Shown: positions 1 to 10,056 of the stretch, piece by piece
Position numbering within the stretch: the stretch's first letter is position 1
Layout: each line of letters opens with the position of its first letter
Assembly: GCF_000011465.1 (NCBI RefSeq)
Contig: NC_005072.1
Location: 240,001 to 272,000 of the forward strand
From: Prochlorococcus marinus subsp. pastoris str. CCMP1986
GTDB taxonomy: Bacteria > Cyanobacteriota > Cyanobacteriia > PCC-6307 > Cyanobiaceae
Direction: 5' to 3'
Length of the DNA: 32,000 nucleotides
Position numbers and translations under genes: made by a program
Notes under the pieces: model-generated
Database searches by the model: none
The model's input: only the letters and a program-made list of their open reading frames with translations
Told to the model about the DNA's origin: nothing

Positions 1-465
1 AAAAATAAAGAAGTTAAAAATTTATTGTTATTAAGAAAAAATCATATCGAAGAAATGCAAAATATTATTTTAAAAGGTGGTAATTGGGTAATAAATATAA
101 AATCTGTCAGAAATGTTCTAACAGGAGAAAATTTTGTGTATGCTTTTCCTGAAATAACAGAAAATAAAATAATAGTTAGAAAAGGTGAAAAAATAACAAA
201 AATTGACTTCAAACAAGAAGATTTTAATAAAAAAGATTTTGGCGATAAGGTAAATTTTCTACTATCTTCTAGTTTGGCCGAAATTAAGAGAAGAGGTTCA
301 CTTGTAAATGAAATTAAATTGCGAGGCGATTCTATAAAAGAATTAAGAGACTTCTTAAATAAAAATGATAAAACTAATTTTGAATTAGAAGCAGTCTCTT
401 TGTTTAACAGTAAGACTGCTCAACCAGTGATTGTTGAACTAAATGTAAATTATCCAGAATCTTAG
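1..465 (+). CDS. C-terminal part of a DUF3084-type cyanobacterial protein, truncated by the left window edge
   Basis: The frame is open from base 1 (K N K E V K N L...), so the ORF-track start at 25 (TTG) is only an edge artefact. The ILKGGNWVINIKSVRNVLTGENF...VRKGEKI pattern resembles the DUF3084 C-terminus. Recalled from family knowledge, not searched. Confidence 0.65.
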   Translation, partial: KNKEVKNLLLLRKNHIEEMQNIILKGGNWVINIKSVRNVLTGENFVYAFPEITENKIIVRKGEKITKIDFKQEDFNKKDFGDKVNFLLSSSLAEIKRRGSLVNEIKLRGDSIKELRDFLNKNDKTNFELEAVSLFNSKTAQPVIVELNVNYPES

Positions 466-903
466 ATGTCTAGAGTTATAACTATTGATCCGGGGATATC
501 GAAATGTGGAGTGATAATAGCTGATATCAAAGAAAAAAAAGTTTACGAAGCAGTAGTTATTAAAAGTCATCTACTTTTGCAATATGTTAAAAAAAAATAT
601 CAGAGCGGAAAAAACGTTCAGTTGTTAATTGGCAATGGAACAAGTAGTAAAAATTACATAAAATATTTAAATCAATTTGAGCCTGATTTGATTATTGCTG
701 AAGAAAAAAATTCAACTTATAGGGCTAAACAAAGATATTTTGAAATTTTTCCATTAACAGGCATAAAATGTTTTTTACCAAGAGAGATATTTATTTTGAA
801 TAAAAATTTAGATGCATTAGCTGCGTTAATTATTATGGAAGATTATTTCAAAATTAAATTTGATGTAAGTGTAAAACTTAAGACTAAAACTTGGCTGAAA
901 TAA
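466..903 (+). CDS. RuvC/YqgF-like RNase H-fold predicted resolvase/nuclease
   Basis: The N-terminus is MSRVITIDPGISKCGVI (the DxG strand of the RuvC/RNase H fold), with downstream acidic residues (LIIAEEKNS, NLDALAALI). It starts directly after the upstream stop codon. Confidence 0.7.
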   Translation: MSRVITIDPGISKCGVIIADIKEKKVYEAVVIKSHLLLQYVKKKYQSGKNVQLLIGNGTSSKNYIKYLNQFEPDLIIAEEKNSTYRAKQRYFEIFPLTGIKCFLPREIFILNKNLDALAALIIMEDYFKIKFDVSVKLKTKTWLK

Positions 904-1141
904 TGAATTTATATTCATTTCCTGCTTCAAGTTCATAATCTTTCTTTAAAAAGAATCTCAATAATGAATCTTGAATTAATGCTCTTCCTAAAGGGGGGGT
1001 TACAAACAAAACTCCTTTTCCAAATGACCATGTGAAGGTCCACTTGAAATCGCTTGCTTCCACAACTCCTTTTACTTCTTTTTTGGTGAAACAATACTCT
1101 TTAACACTTACATGTGCAGTTGTCTCAGGCTTTGCTTTCAT
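884..1141 (-). CDS. DUF3146 family cyanobacterial protein
   Basis: 85 aa. The pattern VEASDFKWTFTWSFGKGVLFVTPPLGRALIQDSLLRFFLKKDYELEAG is typical of DUF3146. Confidence 0.75.
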   Translation of the reverse strand: MKAKPETTAHVSVKEYCFTKKEVKGVVEASDFKWTFTWSFGKGVLFVTPPLGRALIQDSLLRFFLKKDYELEAGNEYKFIISAKF

Positions 1142-1753
1142 TTATAAATTTTCTTCTCTATGGAAGGAATTTAATTCACTAATAATATAATCTTCATTTT
1201 TATCATTTAGTTCTATGAGTGATTCGATTAATTTTTTATAAACTCTATCCAAAGTTAAACTTTCTTTTGAAGATATATTTCCTAAGACATGGGAAATAGT
1301 ATTGAGGGTTTTCTTTCTTTCATTAACGGGTGGGGACCCTATACCTATTTTTATTCTATTAAAATTTTCAGTCTGCAATTTATTAATGATATCTTTAATT
1401 CCGTTATGTCCTCCAGAACTTCCTTTTTTCCTAAATCTAATTTTACCCAGGGGTAGATCAATATCATCAACTATTATAAAAAGACGATCCAAATCTATTT
1501 TGTACCAGTCCACTATCGCCCTTACAGCATTTCCACTGTTATTCATAAAAGTGTTCGGCATAAATAATCTATAAGTAAAATTATTTATTTTGAATTCTGA
1601 ATACCAACTTTTAAGCTTATTTTTCAAAGTAAATTTAGAATCGTATTTTTCAGAAAAATTTTCAAGTAGTAAAAAACCAATATTATGTCGATTTTGAATA
1701 TATTCTTTACCAGGATTGCCCAAACCAATTATAAATTTCTCATTATTGTTCAT
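1142..1753 (-). CDS. pth: Peptidyl-tRNA hydrolase
   Basis: Family motifs IIGLGNPGKEYIQNRHNIGF, PNTFMNNSG, DDIDLPLGKIRFRKKGSSGGHNGIKDI. Confidence 0.96.
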   Translation of the reverse strand: MNNNEKFIIGLGNPGKEYIQNRHNIGFLLLENFSEKYDSKFTLKNKLKSWYSEFKINNFTYRLFMPNTFMNNSGNAVRAIVDWYKIDLDRLFIIVDDIDLPLGKIRFRKKGSSGGHNGIKDIINKLQTENFNRIKIGIGSPPVNERKKTLNTISHVLGNISSKESLTLDRVYKKLIESLIELNDKNEDYIISELNSFHREENL

Positions 1754-1940
1754 AATTATAATTTCATATGTAAATTTTTATAAATTATAAAATAGAAACA
1801 TAACAAGGGTTTTTAATTGTGAATGAGAACACAAAATAAAGATTTTTATTTTCTTATTTATGAAATTATTAATTTTTACCTATTTAAAAAATTTTATATA
1901 ATATTAATTTAATTACTCTACAAAAATAATTTAAAGAAGT

Positions 1941-2141
1941 TTAATTTCCATTCCAATCGACTGAGAATCCCTGAAGGAGTAAAGATTGATTATAAATTTG
2001 TAGGAGGATAACAAGAAAAACTAATAAAAGTAAACCTATTACGGTCATAATAGGAACAGCCCCCCATCCAGGAACAACTTTTCCTTGACCTGAATTTCCA
2101 ATAGCTTTTAAAAGAGTTCCTAATGCAGTTTTTTGGCCCAT
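1941..2141 (-). CDS. psbH: Photosystem II reaction center protein PsbH
   Basis: [57 protein letters not shown]; divergent from psbN. Confidence 0.96.
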   Translation of the reverse strand: MGQKTALGTLLKAIGNSGQGKVVPGWGAVPIMTVIGLLLLVFLVILLQIYNQSLLLQGFSVDWNGN

Positions 2142-2220
2142 AGTAATTTCTCTAAATCAAATTTATTTAGTTATTGTATAAGAGTTAATACATAAATTGT
2201 TTACAAATTTACTAAAATTG

Positions 2221-2373
2221 ATGCAAACTTTATCATCCGCACCAGATCCTGCTGTTTCTGTAGCAGTTACAATACTGGCTGTACTATTAGCTTTAACGGG
2301 TTTTGGACTATGGACAGCTTTCGGTCCAAAAGCGGCGAAACTAACTGATCCCTGGGACGATCATGATGATTAG
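2221..2373 (+). CDS. psbN: PsbN (photosystem II assembly-associated small protein)
   Basis: Manual translation gives MQTLSSAPDPAVSVAVTILAVLLALTGFGLWTAFGPKAAKLTDPWDDHDD*. Absent from the ORF track because of its length; head-to-head with psbH as in other cyanobacteria. Confidence 0.95.
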   Translation: MQTLSSAPDPAVSVAVTILAVLLALTGFGLWTAFGPKAAKLTDPWDDHDD

Positions 2374-2501
2374 GGTTTTTAAAACAAGTTTATAAATGTA
2401 AAAAGTATTTCAAAATTTACCAAAAATACAAAAAGTAAACCTTTTCACATAATTTAAATATAAATTTAATAGGATATAAATCTGTTAGTATTTGCAATTC
2501 C

Positions 2502-2630
2502 ATGCTCGCCTTAAAAATTTCAGTTTACACAATCGTTTTTTTCTTCGTAGGAATCTTTCTATTTGGTTTTTTAGCTAGTGATCCTACAAGAACACCTAAT
2601 AGAAAAGACTTAGAAAGTCCTCAAGATTAA
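2502..2630 (+). CDS. psbI: Photosystem II reaction center protein PsbI
   Basis: Manual translation gives [42 protein letters not shown], the classic PsbI pattern. Absent from the ORF track. Confidence 0.95.
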
Positions 2631-2644
2631 TTTTCTCTTTTAAT

Positions 2645-4681
2645 TTGTTCAACATTATCAAGATTAGAAAACTCATAAAAGCTATATTTTTTGTTTCCGC
2701 ATTAATAAACTTATCTCCTTCGAGTAAAGCAACACAATTTTTTGCTATTGATTCAAAAAATTTCTCTCAATCAAAAAGCGTCAATTGGGTTAATAATGTT
2801 TTTCCAAAAAACATAGATGTTTCCAGTAAAAGACCATTTCCAAGATCTGAATATAACTATAGAAGTAATGCTAAAAACGAGATATTACATCCTTATAAGG
2901 ATGGGTCTCCAAAACTTTTAGCTAACTCTTTTGATAACAAAAACGAGTTAGAGATCCAATCTGAAATACAATCTGAAGAAAATAATATTTTAAAGGCAAA
3001 GGGCAATGTCCTTGTTCTTTATCGAGGTAATATTCTTAAAGCAGATAGTCTAATTTATGATAAAACGCAAAAGACTGTAAGTGCTAAAGGAAATATTTCT
3101 TTGAGTATTGGTGAGCAACTATTCAAGATGAATAGATTTCAATATGATTTCAATAGTAAGAAAGGGTATTTGTTAGATGTCAAAGGATTAATAAAAACAG
3201 ATAATCTTATTGATGATTTGTTTTCTAATGTTGAAACTTCAGATATTAAAAATAGTGAAATTTCAAAAGAGATATTTAAGGAAAAAGTTTTAAATACCCC
3301 TGGAGCTTTAAAAAATTGGATACTTATAACGGATAAAATAGAAATTGATGGGGAAAAATGGAAGAGTGAAAAAGCTATTTTTACTAATGATTTAATTGAA
3401 TTAAAGCAAGTTAAGATAGAGATCAATTCGCTTGAAGCTATCTCTAGAAAAGACCAACTAAGATTCAAGTCTTCTTTAAATTATTTAATTTTGGATGAGA
3501 AGATTTCAGTTCCCTTCTGGTTTGGTGAAAGAACTTTGACGAAATCAGGAGAAAGTTTTTCTTTTGAAAATAGATGGAATATAGGTTATGACAATGTGGA
3601 TAAAGATGGCTATTTCATTGGTAGAAAATTAAATTCAATAAATTTATTTGGTGATTTTTTTCTTGATTTAGAACCACAATTCTTAATACAAAGATCACTT
3701 CAGGGGCATACCAAAAGTTTTATAAGTAAGGGAGATTCAATAACTGCTGATAAGGTTAAAAGAGATGCATATTGGGAAGACTATTTTGGTTTTAATTCTC
3801 GAATTAAAGGAAAAATTAGTAATTGGAATTTGGAAATAGATAAGCAAATAAATTCTTTTGATCCTGATGAATCTTCAAATTCTTTACGAGTTAAGTCTAA
3901 TTTAAGTAAAGAAATTTCTTTTTTAAACTCAATATGGGATAAAAGTTTTTTTGGAGTTTTTAGAGATAGGGTTTGGAACGGATCGTTAGGTGAATCTCAA
4001 GTGTATATAGGCTATGGTTCCAAACTAGAAAAACAAAATACTTGGGAAGTTAATGGTATTACTAAATCTGAAACTTTATCTTTAGGGTTGGGTAATTTTA
4101 AAGGCGAAACTTTAAATAGTAAGAACCTGGTTACTAGTATCAAAGGTAGTTTGTTGTATTCATCAGATCAAAAAATACCACTAAATGGTAATAAGGTTTT
4201 AAACAAATTTATTGATAGTTCGTTTAAATATATTTCTGAGCCAATAAACAAAGGGCTAAGTCTTAATACTAGTTTAAAATTATTTTATGCTTTTTATAAA
4301 AATGGCAACAATCAACAATACTTGGGTTTTGGTGCTGGACCTGAATTTATTTTAGGGGATTTACAAAAAAAATATTTTGACTATACGAGAATAAGTTTAT
4401 TACCTTTTTATAAGATAAAAAGTGGAGATAGTTTATTTAAATTTGATCAAATTGCTGATGAATTTACCTTAGATATTGCCTTTGACCAACAATTATTTGG
4501 ACCACTTATTCTTAAAAGTAATGCTAGCCTAAATTTGGATAGTGATTCAAAAGATTATGGTGATTTTATAAATTCTAAAATCTCATTAAATTGGAAAAAA
4601 AGATCTTATGAATTTGGAATTTTTTATCAACCTCATAATGAAGCAGGAGGTATTTCTTTTACATTATTTGGCTTCGAATAG
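2645..4681 (+). CDS. LptD/OstA-like outer-membrane assembly protein (DUF3769-type)
   Basis: 678 aa. N-terminal OstA/LptA-like repeats (LKAKGNVLVLYRGNILKADSLIYDKTQKTVSAKGNISL) are followed by a long beta-rich C-terminus ending in an aromatic-rich strand (ISFTLFGFE). Possible TTG start. Confidence 0.7.
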   Translation: MFNIIKIRKLIKAIFFVSALINLSPSSKATQFFAIDSKNFSQSKSVNWVNNVFPKNIDVSSKRPFPRSEYNYRSNAKNEILHPYKDGSPKLLANSFDNKNELEIQSEIQSEENNILKAKGNVLVLYRGNILKADSLIYDKTQKTVSAKGNISLSIGEQLFKMNRFQYDFNSKKGYLLDVKGLIKTDNLIDDLFSNVETSDIKNSEISKEIFKEKVLNTPGALKNWILITDKIEIDGEKWKSEKAIFTNDLIELKQVKIEINSLEAISRKDQLRFKSSLNYLILDEKISVPFWFGERTLTKSGESFSFENRWNIGYDNVDKDGYFIGRKLNSINLFGDFFLDLEPQFLIQRSLQGHTKSFISKGDSITADKVKRDAYWEDYFGFNSRIKGKISNWNLEIDKQINSFDPDESSNSLRVKSNLSKEISFLNSIWDKSFFGVFRDRVWNGSLGESQVYIGYGSKLEKQNTWEVNGITKSETLSLGLGNFKGETLNSKNLVTSIKGSLLYSSDQKIPLNGNKVLNKFIDSSFKYISEPINKGLSLNTSLKLFYAFYKNGNNQQYLGFGAGPEFILGDLQKKYFDYTRISLLPFYKIKSGDSLFKFDQIADEFTLDIAFDQQLFGPLILKSNASLNLDSDSKDYGDFINSKISLNWKKRSYEFGIFYQPHNEAGGISFTLFGFE

Positions 4682-4684
4682 CTA

Positions 4685-5305
4685 TTAGAAACTAGAATTA
4701 AAATTTATATAAGGTAAAGCATTTAATTTGTTTTCAATTAAATCCTTATTTTCAAGTAGTTTTGAAGTAGCATCCCATTCTCCAGATAAAAACATTTTTT
4801 TTGAAGTTTCTTTTATTTCAAGATTAAATTTCAATTTTTCTCCTTTTGCAGTTGATTTTAAAAGATCAATCTCTAAGAATAAATTTTTAATATCCAGATA
4901 TTTTTGGATTTCTTTTATCGATTCCTTTGGAAGATTAAAGCATGGAATTCCAATTGCAATACAGTTACTATAAAAAATATCTGCAAAACTTTCTCCAATT
5001 ATGGCTTTTATTCCCCATCTCATCAATGCTTGAGGGGCATGCTCTCTGCTTGAACCGCATCCAAAATTACTATTAACAATAAGTATTGAAGCTCCTTTAT
5101 TAGTCTCTAAATCAAAGGGGTGCTTCCCTTTAAGAGTTTTGCGATCATCATCAAAAACAGATTTACCTAAGGAATCAAAATCAATACATTTAAGAAATCG
5201 AGCAGGAATTATTCTGTCGGTATCAATATCATCTCCAACTAATGAGATACATTTACCATTTATTTGAGAAAATTTTCCTATTGGCGGTATAAATTTTGAA
5301 CTCAT
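4685..5305 (-). CDS. leuD: 3-isopropylmalate dehydratase small subunit
   Basis: [44 protein letters not shown]. The start overlaps the leuC stop by 4 bp. Confidence 0.96.
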   Translation of the reverse strand: MSSKFIPPIGKFSQINGKCISLVGDDIDTDRIIPARFLKCIDFDSLGKSVFDDDRKTLKGKHPFDLETNKGASILIVNSNFGCGSSREHAPQALMRWGIKAIIGESFADIFYSNCIAIGIPCFNLPKESIKEIQKYLDIKNLFLEIDLLKSTAKGEKLKFNLEIKETSKKMFLSGEWDATSKLLENKDLIENKLNALPYINFNSSF

Positions 5306-6711
5306 TTGTTAATAAAATCTCTTACGTCACTAACTTTTCCTGTAATTGATGCAGCGGCAACCATTGCTGGACTCATGAGAAGCGTTCTTCCATTTGGAGA
5401 ACCCTGTCTACCTTTGAAATTTCTATTGCTAGAGCTGGCACTTACTTGATTCCCAATGAGTTTGTCTGAATTCATTGCTAAACACATTGAGCAACCAGGT
5501 TCTCTCCACTGAAAACCTGCTTTTATAAATATTTTATCAAGACCTTCCTCTTTCGCTTCTTTCGCAACCTTCTCTGAGCCTGGAACTACAAAAGCTTTTA
5601 TATTTTTTGCTACTTTATTATGCTCCAAAACTTGAGCGGCAACTCTTAGGTCACTTATCCTTCCATTTGTACAACTCCCAATAAAACAAACATCAATTGG
5701 AGTATTTTTAATTGATTGTCCCGGTTTGAAACTCATATATTCATATGCCTCCTCAGCAATAAATTGGTCGTTTGGATGTATTTGATTTAATGAAGGGATT
5801 TTTTGATTTACGCCGATACTTTGCCCAGGCGTAATACCCCATGTAATGGTAGGTTCTACTTTAGAAGCATCTAACTTGAATACATCATCATAAACACAAT
5901 TATCACTACTTTCTAATGATTTCCACCATTTAACGGCTTTTTCCCAATTTTCATTTTGAGGCGAGCATAATTTATCCTTCATATAACTAAAGGTTTTTTC
6001 ATCAGGATTTATATAACCGCATCTTGCTCCTCCTTCAATGGACATATTGCATATAGTCATCCTTTCTTCCATTGATAATTCACTTATGGCAGGACCTGCA
6101 AATTCATAGGCATAACCTACTCCTGCTTTTACTCCGAGTTGATTAATTATATGTAGCACTAAATCTTTAGCATAAATTCCATTTGATAATTTATTTTCAC
6201 ACCAAATTTGTCTGACTTTGAGCTTATTCATAGCTATGGTTTGACTAGCAAGTACATCTCTTACTTGGCTAGTACCAATACCAAAAGCAATTGACCCAAA
6301 GGCTCCGTGAGTTGATGTATGAGAATCTCCACAAGCAATAGTCATGCCTGGTTGGGTCAAACCAAGTTCAGGAGCTACTACATGAACTATTCCTTGATTA
6401 CCACTCCCAATATTAAAAAATTTAATTTTGTGCTCGATACAGTTCTTTTCTAAAGTATCGATCATTTGTTCTGCCAGATTATCTTTGAAAGGCCTGCTTT
6501 GATTATCTGTTGGCACAATATGATCAACTGTAGCTACAGTTCTTTGAGGGAATTTTACTTTTAAATTTTTATCTTTTAGAGCTCCGAATGCTTGCGGGCT
6601 AGTAACTTCATGAATAAGGTGAAGACCGATTAAGATTTGATCGGAGCCACCAGGAAGATTTGCAACTTTGTGTAAATCCCACACTTTATCAAATAAGGTA
6701 TCTTGACTCAA
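5302..6711 (-). CDS. leuC: 3-isopropylmalate dehydratase large subunit
   Basis: Aconitase-superfamily motifs [45 protein letters not shown] (Fe-S cysteines). Confidence 0.98.
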   Translation of the reverse strand: MSQDTLFDKVWDLHKVANLPGGSDQILIGLHLIHEVTSPQAFGALKDKNLKVKFPQRTVATVDHIVPTDNQSRPFKDNLAEQMIDTLEKNCIEHKIKFFNIGSGNQGIVHVVAPELGLTQPGMTIACGDSHTSTHGAFGSIAFGIGTSQVRDVLASQTIAMNKLKVRQIWCENKLSNGIYAKDLVLHIINQLGVKAGVGYAYEFAGPAISELSMEERMTICNMSIEGGARCGYINPDEKTFSYMKDKLCSPQNENWEKAVKWWKSLESSDNCVYDDVFKLDASKVEPTITWGITPGQSIGVNQKIPSLNQIHPNDQFIAEEAYEYMSFKPGQSIKNTPIDVCFIGSCTNGRISDLRVAAQVLEHNKVAKNIKAFVVPGSEKVAKEAKEEGLDKIFIKAGFQWREPGCSMCLAMNSDKLIGNQVSASSSNRNFKGRQGSPNGRTLLMSPAMVAAASITGKVSDVRDFINK

Positions 6712-6724
6712 TTTGCAAAAAAAA

Positions 6725-8026
6725 TTACTTACTACTAGATAATAAGATTAATCTAAAGCTGTTTAAACACACATTTACACTTAGTCTTTGAATTTCAATT
6801 CTATTTCTTGTTGAGCTAAATATTTTTTTAATATTAGTCAAGTGACCATTTGGTCCTGCAATTGAGATATAAACTAATCCAACAGGCTTCTCTTTATTAC
6901 CTCCACTTGGACCGGCAATGCCACTAATTGCGATAGACCAATCTGAATTTAGTTTTTCTTTTGCATTAATTGCCATAGTTTCAGCAACCTCTTCAGAAAC
7001 AGCACCAAATTTTTTTATCAGATTTTCTGGAACACTTAATAAAGATTGTTTAAGGTTATTACTGTATGAAATAATACTGCCTTTAAATACTTGTGATGAG
7101 CCTGGTATTGATGTGATTGAAGAGGAGAGAAGACCTCCGGTACAGGATTCTGCAAAAACGAGAGATTCTTTTCTTTTTAATAATTCCTTTATTAGTACGC
7201 TTGATAAATTATCATCGTCTTCACCAAAAATAAATTTGGAAAACTCTTTTTTCAATTTTTCTTTAACGGGGTTAATTATTTTTCTTGCTTCTAATTCATT
7301 TTTAGCTCTTGCCGTTAGTCTGAGCTTAACTTCTCCTAAGTTAGCGTATGGGGCGACAGTGGGGTTTTTTAGTTTTAGAAGATTATTAATCTTTTCTGAA
7401 ATAGTAGACTCTCCAATACCAGAAAATTTAAGAGTATTTGAGAAAAATATATACCCATCTGAAAAATTACTTTTAATATAATTAACTGCAGTTTCTTTCC
7501 ACATTTCTTTCATTTCACTTGGCACTCCTGGAAAAGTCAGGATGGTAAATCCCTCAATTGGTTTCCATATCATGCCAGGAGCAGTGCCTCTAGGATTATT
7601 AATTATTTGAGCATCTTTTGGGAAAAAACATTGTTTTTTTAAACTAGATCTGTCGAAATTTGAACCTGAAATTGAAAGCTTTTTTTTTATTTGATCCCAT
7701 AAATATCCTCTTTCAGAAAGAGTTGCATTAAAAGATTTAGCAATTGCCTCCGTAGTTAAGTCATCTGGAGTAGGGCCAAGACCACCTGTAGTAATTAATA
7801 AATTACTTCTTGAAGATATTTCTTTAATTAGCTTAGAAATCCTTTCAGAATTATCTCCAATAGTTGACTGTCTAAAATGGTTAAGTCCTAAAGTTGATAA
7901 CTCCTCAGAAATCCATTGAGCGTTAGTATTTACTATATTTCCTAAAAGTAACTCAGTTCCTATAGAAAGAATTTCAACCCCTTTACAGTTAGGATCATTT
8001 GATTGATGCTTCAAGTTCGACTTCAT
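6725..8026 (-). CDS. cinA: CinA family protein (competence/damage-inducible; NMN deamidase-like C-terminal domain)
   Basis: [33 protein letters not shown] and C-terminal [26 protein letters not shown]...GIAGPSGG. The start overlaps the glyA 3' end by 32 bp, so it may be shorter. Confidence 0.93.
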   Translation of the reverse strand: MKSNLKHQSNDPNCKGVEILSIGTELLLGNIVNTNAQWISEELSTLGLNHFRQSTIGDNSERISKLIKEISSRSNLLITTGGLGPTPDDLTTEAIAKSFNATLSERGYLWDQIKKKLSISGSNFDRSSLKKQCFFPKDAQIINNPRGTAPGMIWKPIEGFTILTFPGVPSEMKEMWKETAVNYIKSNFSDGYIFFSNTLKFSGIGESTISEKINNLLKLKNPTVAPYANLGEVKLRLTARAKNELEARKIINPVKEKLKKEFSKFIFGEDDDNLSSVLIKELLKRKESLVFAESCTGGLLSSSITSIPGSSQVFKGSIISYSNNLKQSLLSVPENLIKKFGAVSEEVAETMAINAKEKLNSDWSIAISGIAGPSGGNKEKPVGLVYISIAGPNGHLTNIKKIFSSTRNRIEIQRLSVNVCLNSFRLILLSSSK

Positions 8027-9266
8027 AAAGAGGAAAACGATTACATAAAGTTAATACCCTTTCCTTGCATTTTTTTTCTGTTAATAAATCATCTGGATTG
8101 AGTAATCTATCAGCAATAATTTCACCAACTTCAACAAAAGCATCATCATTAAAACCTCTAGTAGTTAAAGCTGCAGTTCCCAATCTCAACCCACTGGTTA
8201 CAAAAGGTGATTCAGGATCAAACGGGACAGTATTTTTATTTGCTGTTATGTTAACTTCACTTACAAGTAAGTCAGCAACTTTACCAGTCATATTAATACT
8301 TCTTAAGTCAAGCAAAACAATATGATTATCAGTTCCTCCACTAACAATATCTATTCCTCTTTTAATTAAAGTTGAAGACAGAACTTTTGCATTATTAATA
8401 ACCTGTTTTGAGTAATTAACAAAGTTGGGCTTTAAGGCTTCTCCAAAGGCGACAGCTTTAGCTGCGATAATATGTTCTAAAGGACCACCCTGAGTTCCAG
8501 GGAAAACAGATTTATCAAATTTCTTTCCAAATTCCTTATCTTTACATAAGATCAATCCTCCTCTTGGACCTCTCAAGGTCTTATGTGTTGTCGTAGTTAC
8601 AACATCACAATACGGTATTGGATTAGGGTGGAGTTTGGTTGCTACTAGTCCTGCTATATGAGCAATATCAGCCATTAAAAAAGCTCCAACTTCATCAGCG
8701 ATTCTTCTGAACGACTCGAAATCAATTTTTCTCGGATAAGCAGAATATCCACAAATAATTAGTTTTGGTTTTGTAGCTAATGCAATATCTCTAATTTCAT
8801 TAAAATTTAATTTATTAGTTTCTTTATCAACTCCATAGTGAACGGCATTGAACCACTTTCCGCTCATGTTGACTGGGGATCCGTGGGTTAAATGTCCTCC
8901 ATGCGATAGATCCATTCCAAGTATTGTGTCACCAGGTTTAAGTAAACTTAGAAAAACAGCTGCATTTGCTTGTGCTCCACTATGGGGTTGAACATTCGCC
9001 CAGTCTGCATCAAAAAGTTGTTTTGCTCTTTCGATTGCAAGTTCCTCTATCTCATCTACAAATTCACAACCACCGTAATATCTTTTTTGTGGAAGACCTT
9101 CAGCGTATTTATTTGTTAAAACCGAACCCTGAGCCTGCATTACAGCCATTGATGCAAAATTCTCACTAGCTATCAATTCAAGATGTGTTTCTTGCCTATT
9201 TTTTTCGGAATTAATTAAATTAGATATGATTGGATCACTTTCTTTAAGATTTTGAAGAATATTCAT
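7995..9266 (-). CDS. glyA: Serine hydroxymethyltransferase
   Basis: [25 protein letters not shown], and the PLP-lysine region [16 protein letters not shown]. Confidence 0.98.
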   Translation of the reverse strand: MNILQNLKESDPIISNLINSEKNRQETHLELIASENFASMAVMQAQGSVLTNKYAEGLPQKRYYGGCEFVDEIEELAIERAKQLFDADWANVQPHSGAQANAAVFLSLLKPGDTILGMDLSHGGHLTHGSPVNMSGKWFNAVHYGVDKETNKLNFNEIRDIALATKPKLIICGYSAYPRKIDFESFRRIADEVGAFLMADIAHIAGLVATKLHPNPIPYCDVVTTTTHKTLRGPRGGLILCKDKEFGKKFDKSVFPGTQGGPLEHIIAAKAVAFGEALKPNFVNYSKQVINNAKVLSSTLIKRGIDIVSGGTDNHIVLLDLRSINMTGKVADLLVSEVNITANKNTVPFDPESPFVTSGLRLGTAALTTRGFNDDAFVEVGEIIADRLLNPDDLLTEKKCKERVLTLCNRFPLYEVELEASIK

Positions 9267-9344
9267 TAAAATAAAGGGAACATTTATTTAAATATAGACG
9301 ATATTTTGAGAGAAAATGTAAAAAAAATATATCATAAATTTTAA

Positions 9345-9418
9345 CGCGCCTGGAGAGATTCGAACTCCCGACACCCTGATCCGTAGTCAGGTGCTCTAAT
9401 CCACTGAGCTACAGGCGC
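9345..9418 (-). tRNA. tRNA-Arg(ACG)
   Basis: The reverse complement GCGCCTGTAGCTCAGTGGATTAGAGCACCTGACTACGGATCAGGGTGTCGGGAGTTCGAATCTCTCCAGGCGCG folds as a cloverleaf. The 7-bp acceptor stem is GCGCCTG/CAGGCGC, the anticodon stem CCTGA/TCAGG and the loop CTACGGA, giving anticodon ACG; TTCGAAT is in the T-loop. Confidence 0.95.
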
Positions 9419-9506
9419 ATATTTATGTAATATCTCTGGTCCTGGGTCTCTTAGTCAACTAGATTTCAGTTAAACTATCTAATATTAACAATCTAAATTT
9501 ATAATT

Positions 9507-9758
9507 ATGCCGATTAAATGGTATGGCAATGGTGATTCAGAAGACCCCATTTACAAACATTTTTCCAGAATAGTAAATTTTGTAATTCATTGTATGGTAT
9601 TCACTGCAGTCGTAAGTGGAACTTGGCTTTTTAAAGAGATTAAACATGACTTAGTTTTTTTTAATAATTTTGCAATTGCATGGGCAGTCATTCTCTCATC
9701 GCATTTACTTTTTGTATTTATAAAAAAACCTAAGGATTATAAAAAACAATCAACTTAA
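9507..9758 (+). CDS. Conserved hypothetical small membrane protein (two predicted TM helices)
   Basis: 83 aa with two hydrophobic segments (IVNFVIHCMVFTAVVSGTWLF and FAIAWAVILSSHLLFVFI) and a charged C-terminus. Confidence 0.6.
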   Translation: MPIKWYGNGDSEDPIYKHFSRIVNFVIHCMVFTAVVSGTWLFKEIKHDLVFFNNFAIAWAVILSSHLLFVFIKKPKDYKKQST

Positions 9759-9767
9759 GTTTTTATT

Positions 9768-10049
9768 ATGAATTCTCAGATGCAAATCAGTGATCTAGAA
9801 AATATTATTTCAGAAAAAATTTTTATAAAAATAGAAAAATGGAATCTGTACCTTGGAGATGCTGGTTTAGCTAGAAATCTTGCTTTGGAATGTATTAGCA
9901 ATTTAGATAAAGGTAGTCAGCAGGCTGCAAAATTAGGCTTAGAAGCTATTAAGGTAAAAATTGGAGATGGAAATCAAACAATTCTTTTGTCTAAGTTGAT
10001 AACTGCATCACAAATTTGTGATTTAGAAGAAATACTTGGTAATTTATGA
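9768..10049 (+). CDS. DUF3181 family protein
   Basis: 93 aa, ...LENIISEKIFIKIEKWNLYLGDAGLARNLALECISNL...; matches the DUF3181 pattern found in cyanobacteria (recalled, not searched). Confidence 0.65.
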   Translation: MNSQMQISDLENIISEKIFIKIEKWNLYLGDAGLARNLALECISNLDKGSQQAAKLGLEAIKVKIGDGNQTILLSKLITASQICDLEEILGNL

Positions 10050-10056
10050 TTCTTAA

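Noticed and set aside
25-465. Apparent standalone 146-aa ORF starting at 25
   Set aside because: The same frame is open back to base 1. It is the C-terminal fragment of a longer gene cut by the window edge, not a small novel gene.
1302-1574. Plus-strand 90-aa ORF
   Set aside because: Antisense shadow of pth, with no recognisable protein features.
1754-1940. 187-bp AT-rich spacer between pth and psbH
   Set aside because: Looked for hairpins, tRNA-like folds and small ORFs. Only AT-rich, low-complexity sequence was seen, with nothing above background.
2374-2501. Inverted repeat GTATTT...AAATAC between psbN and psbI
   Set aside because: A six-base match in about 80% AT sequence is expected by chance. 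Probably just promoter DNA for psbI.
3139-3468. Minus-strand 109-aa ORF inside the LptD-like gene
   Set aside because: Antisense shadow in a long, well-supported CDS.
6918-7481. Plus-strand 187-aa ORF
   Set aside because: Antisense to cinA, which has strong family motifs. The length is explained by codon bias, and it has no own motifs.
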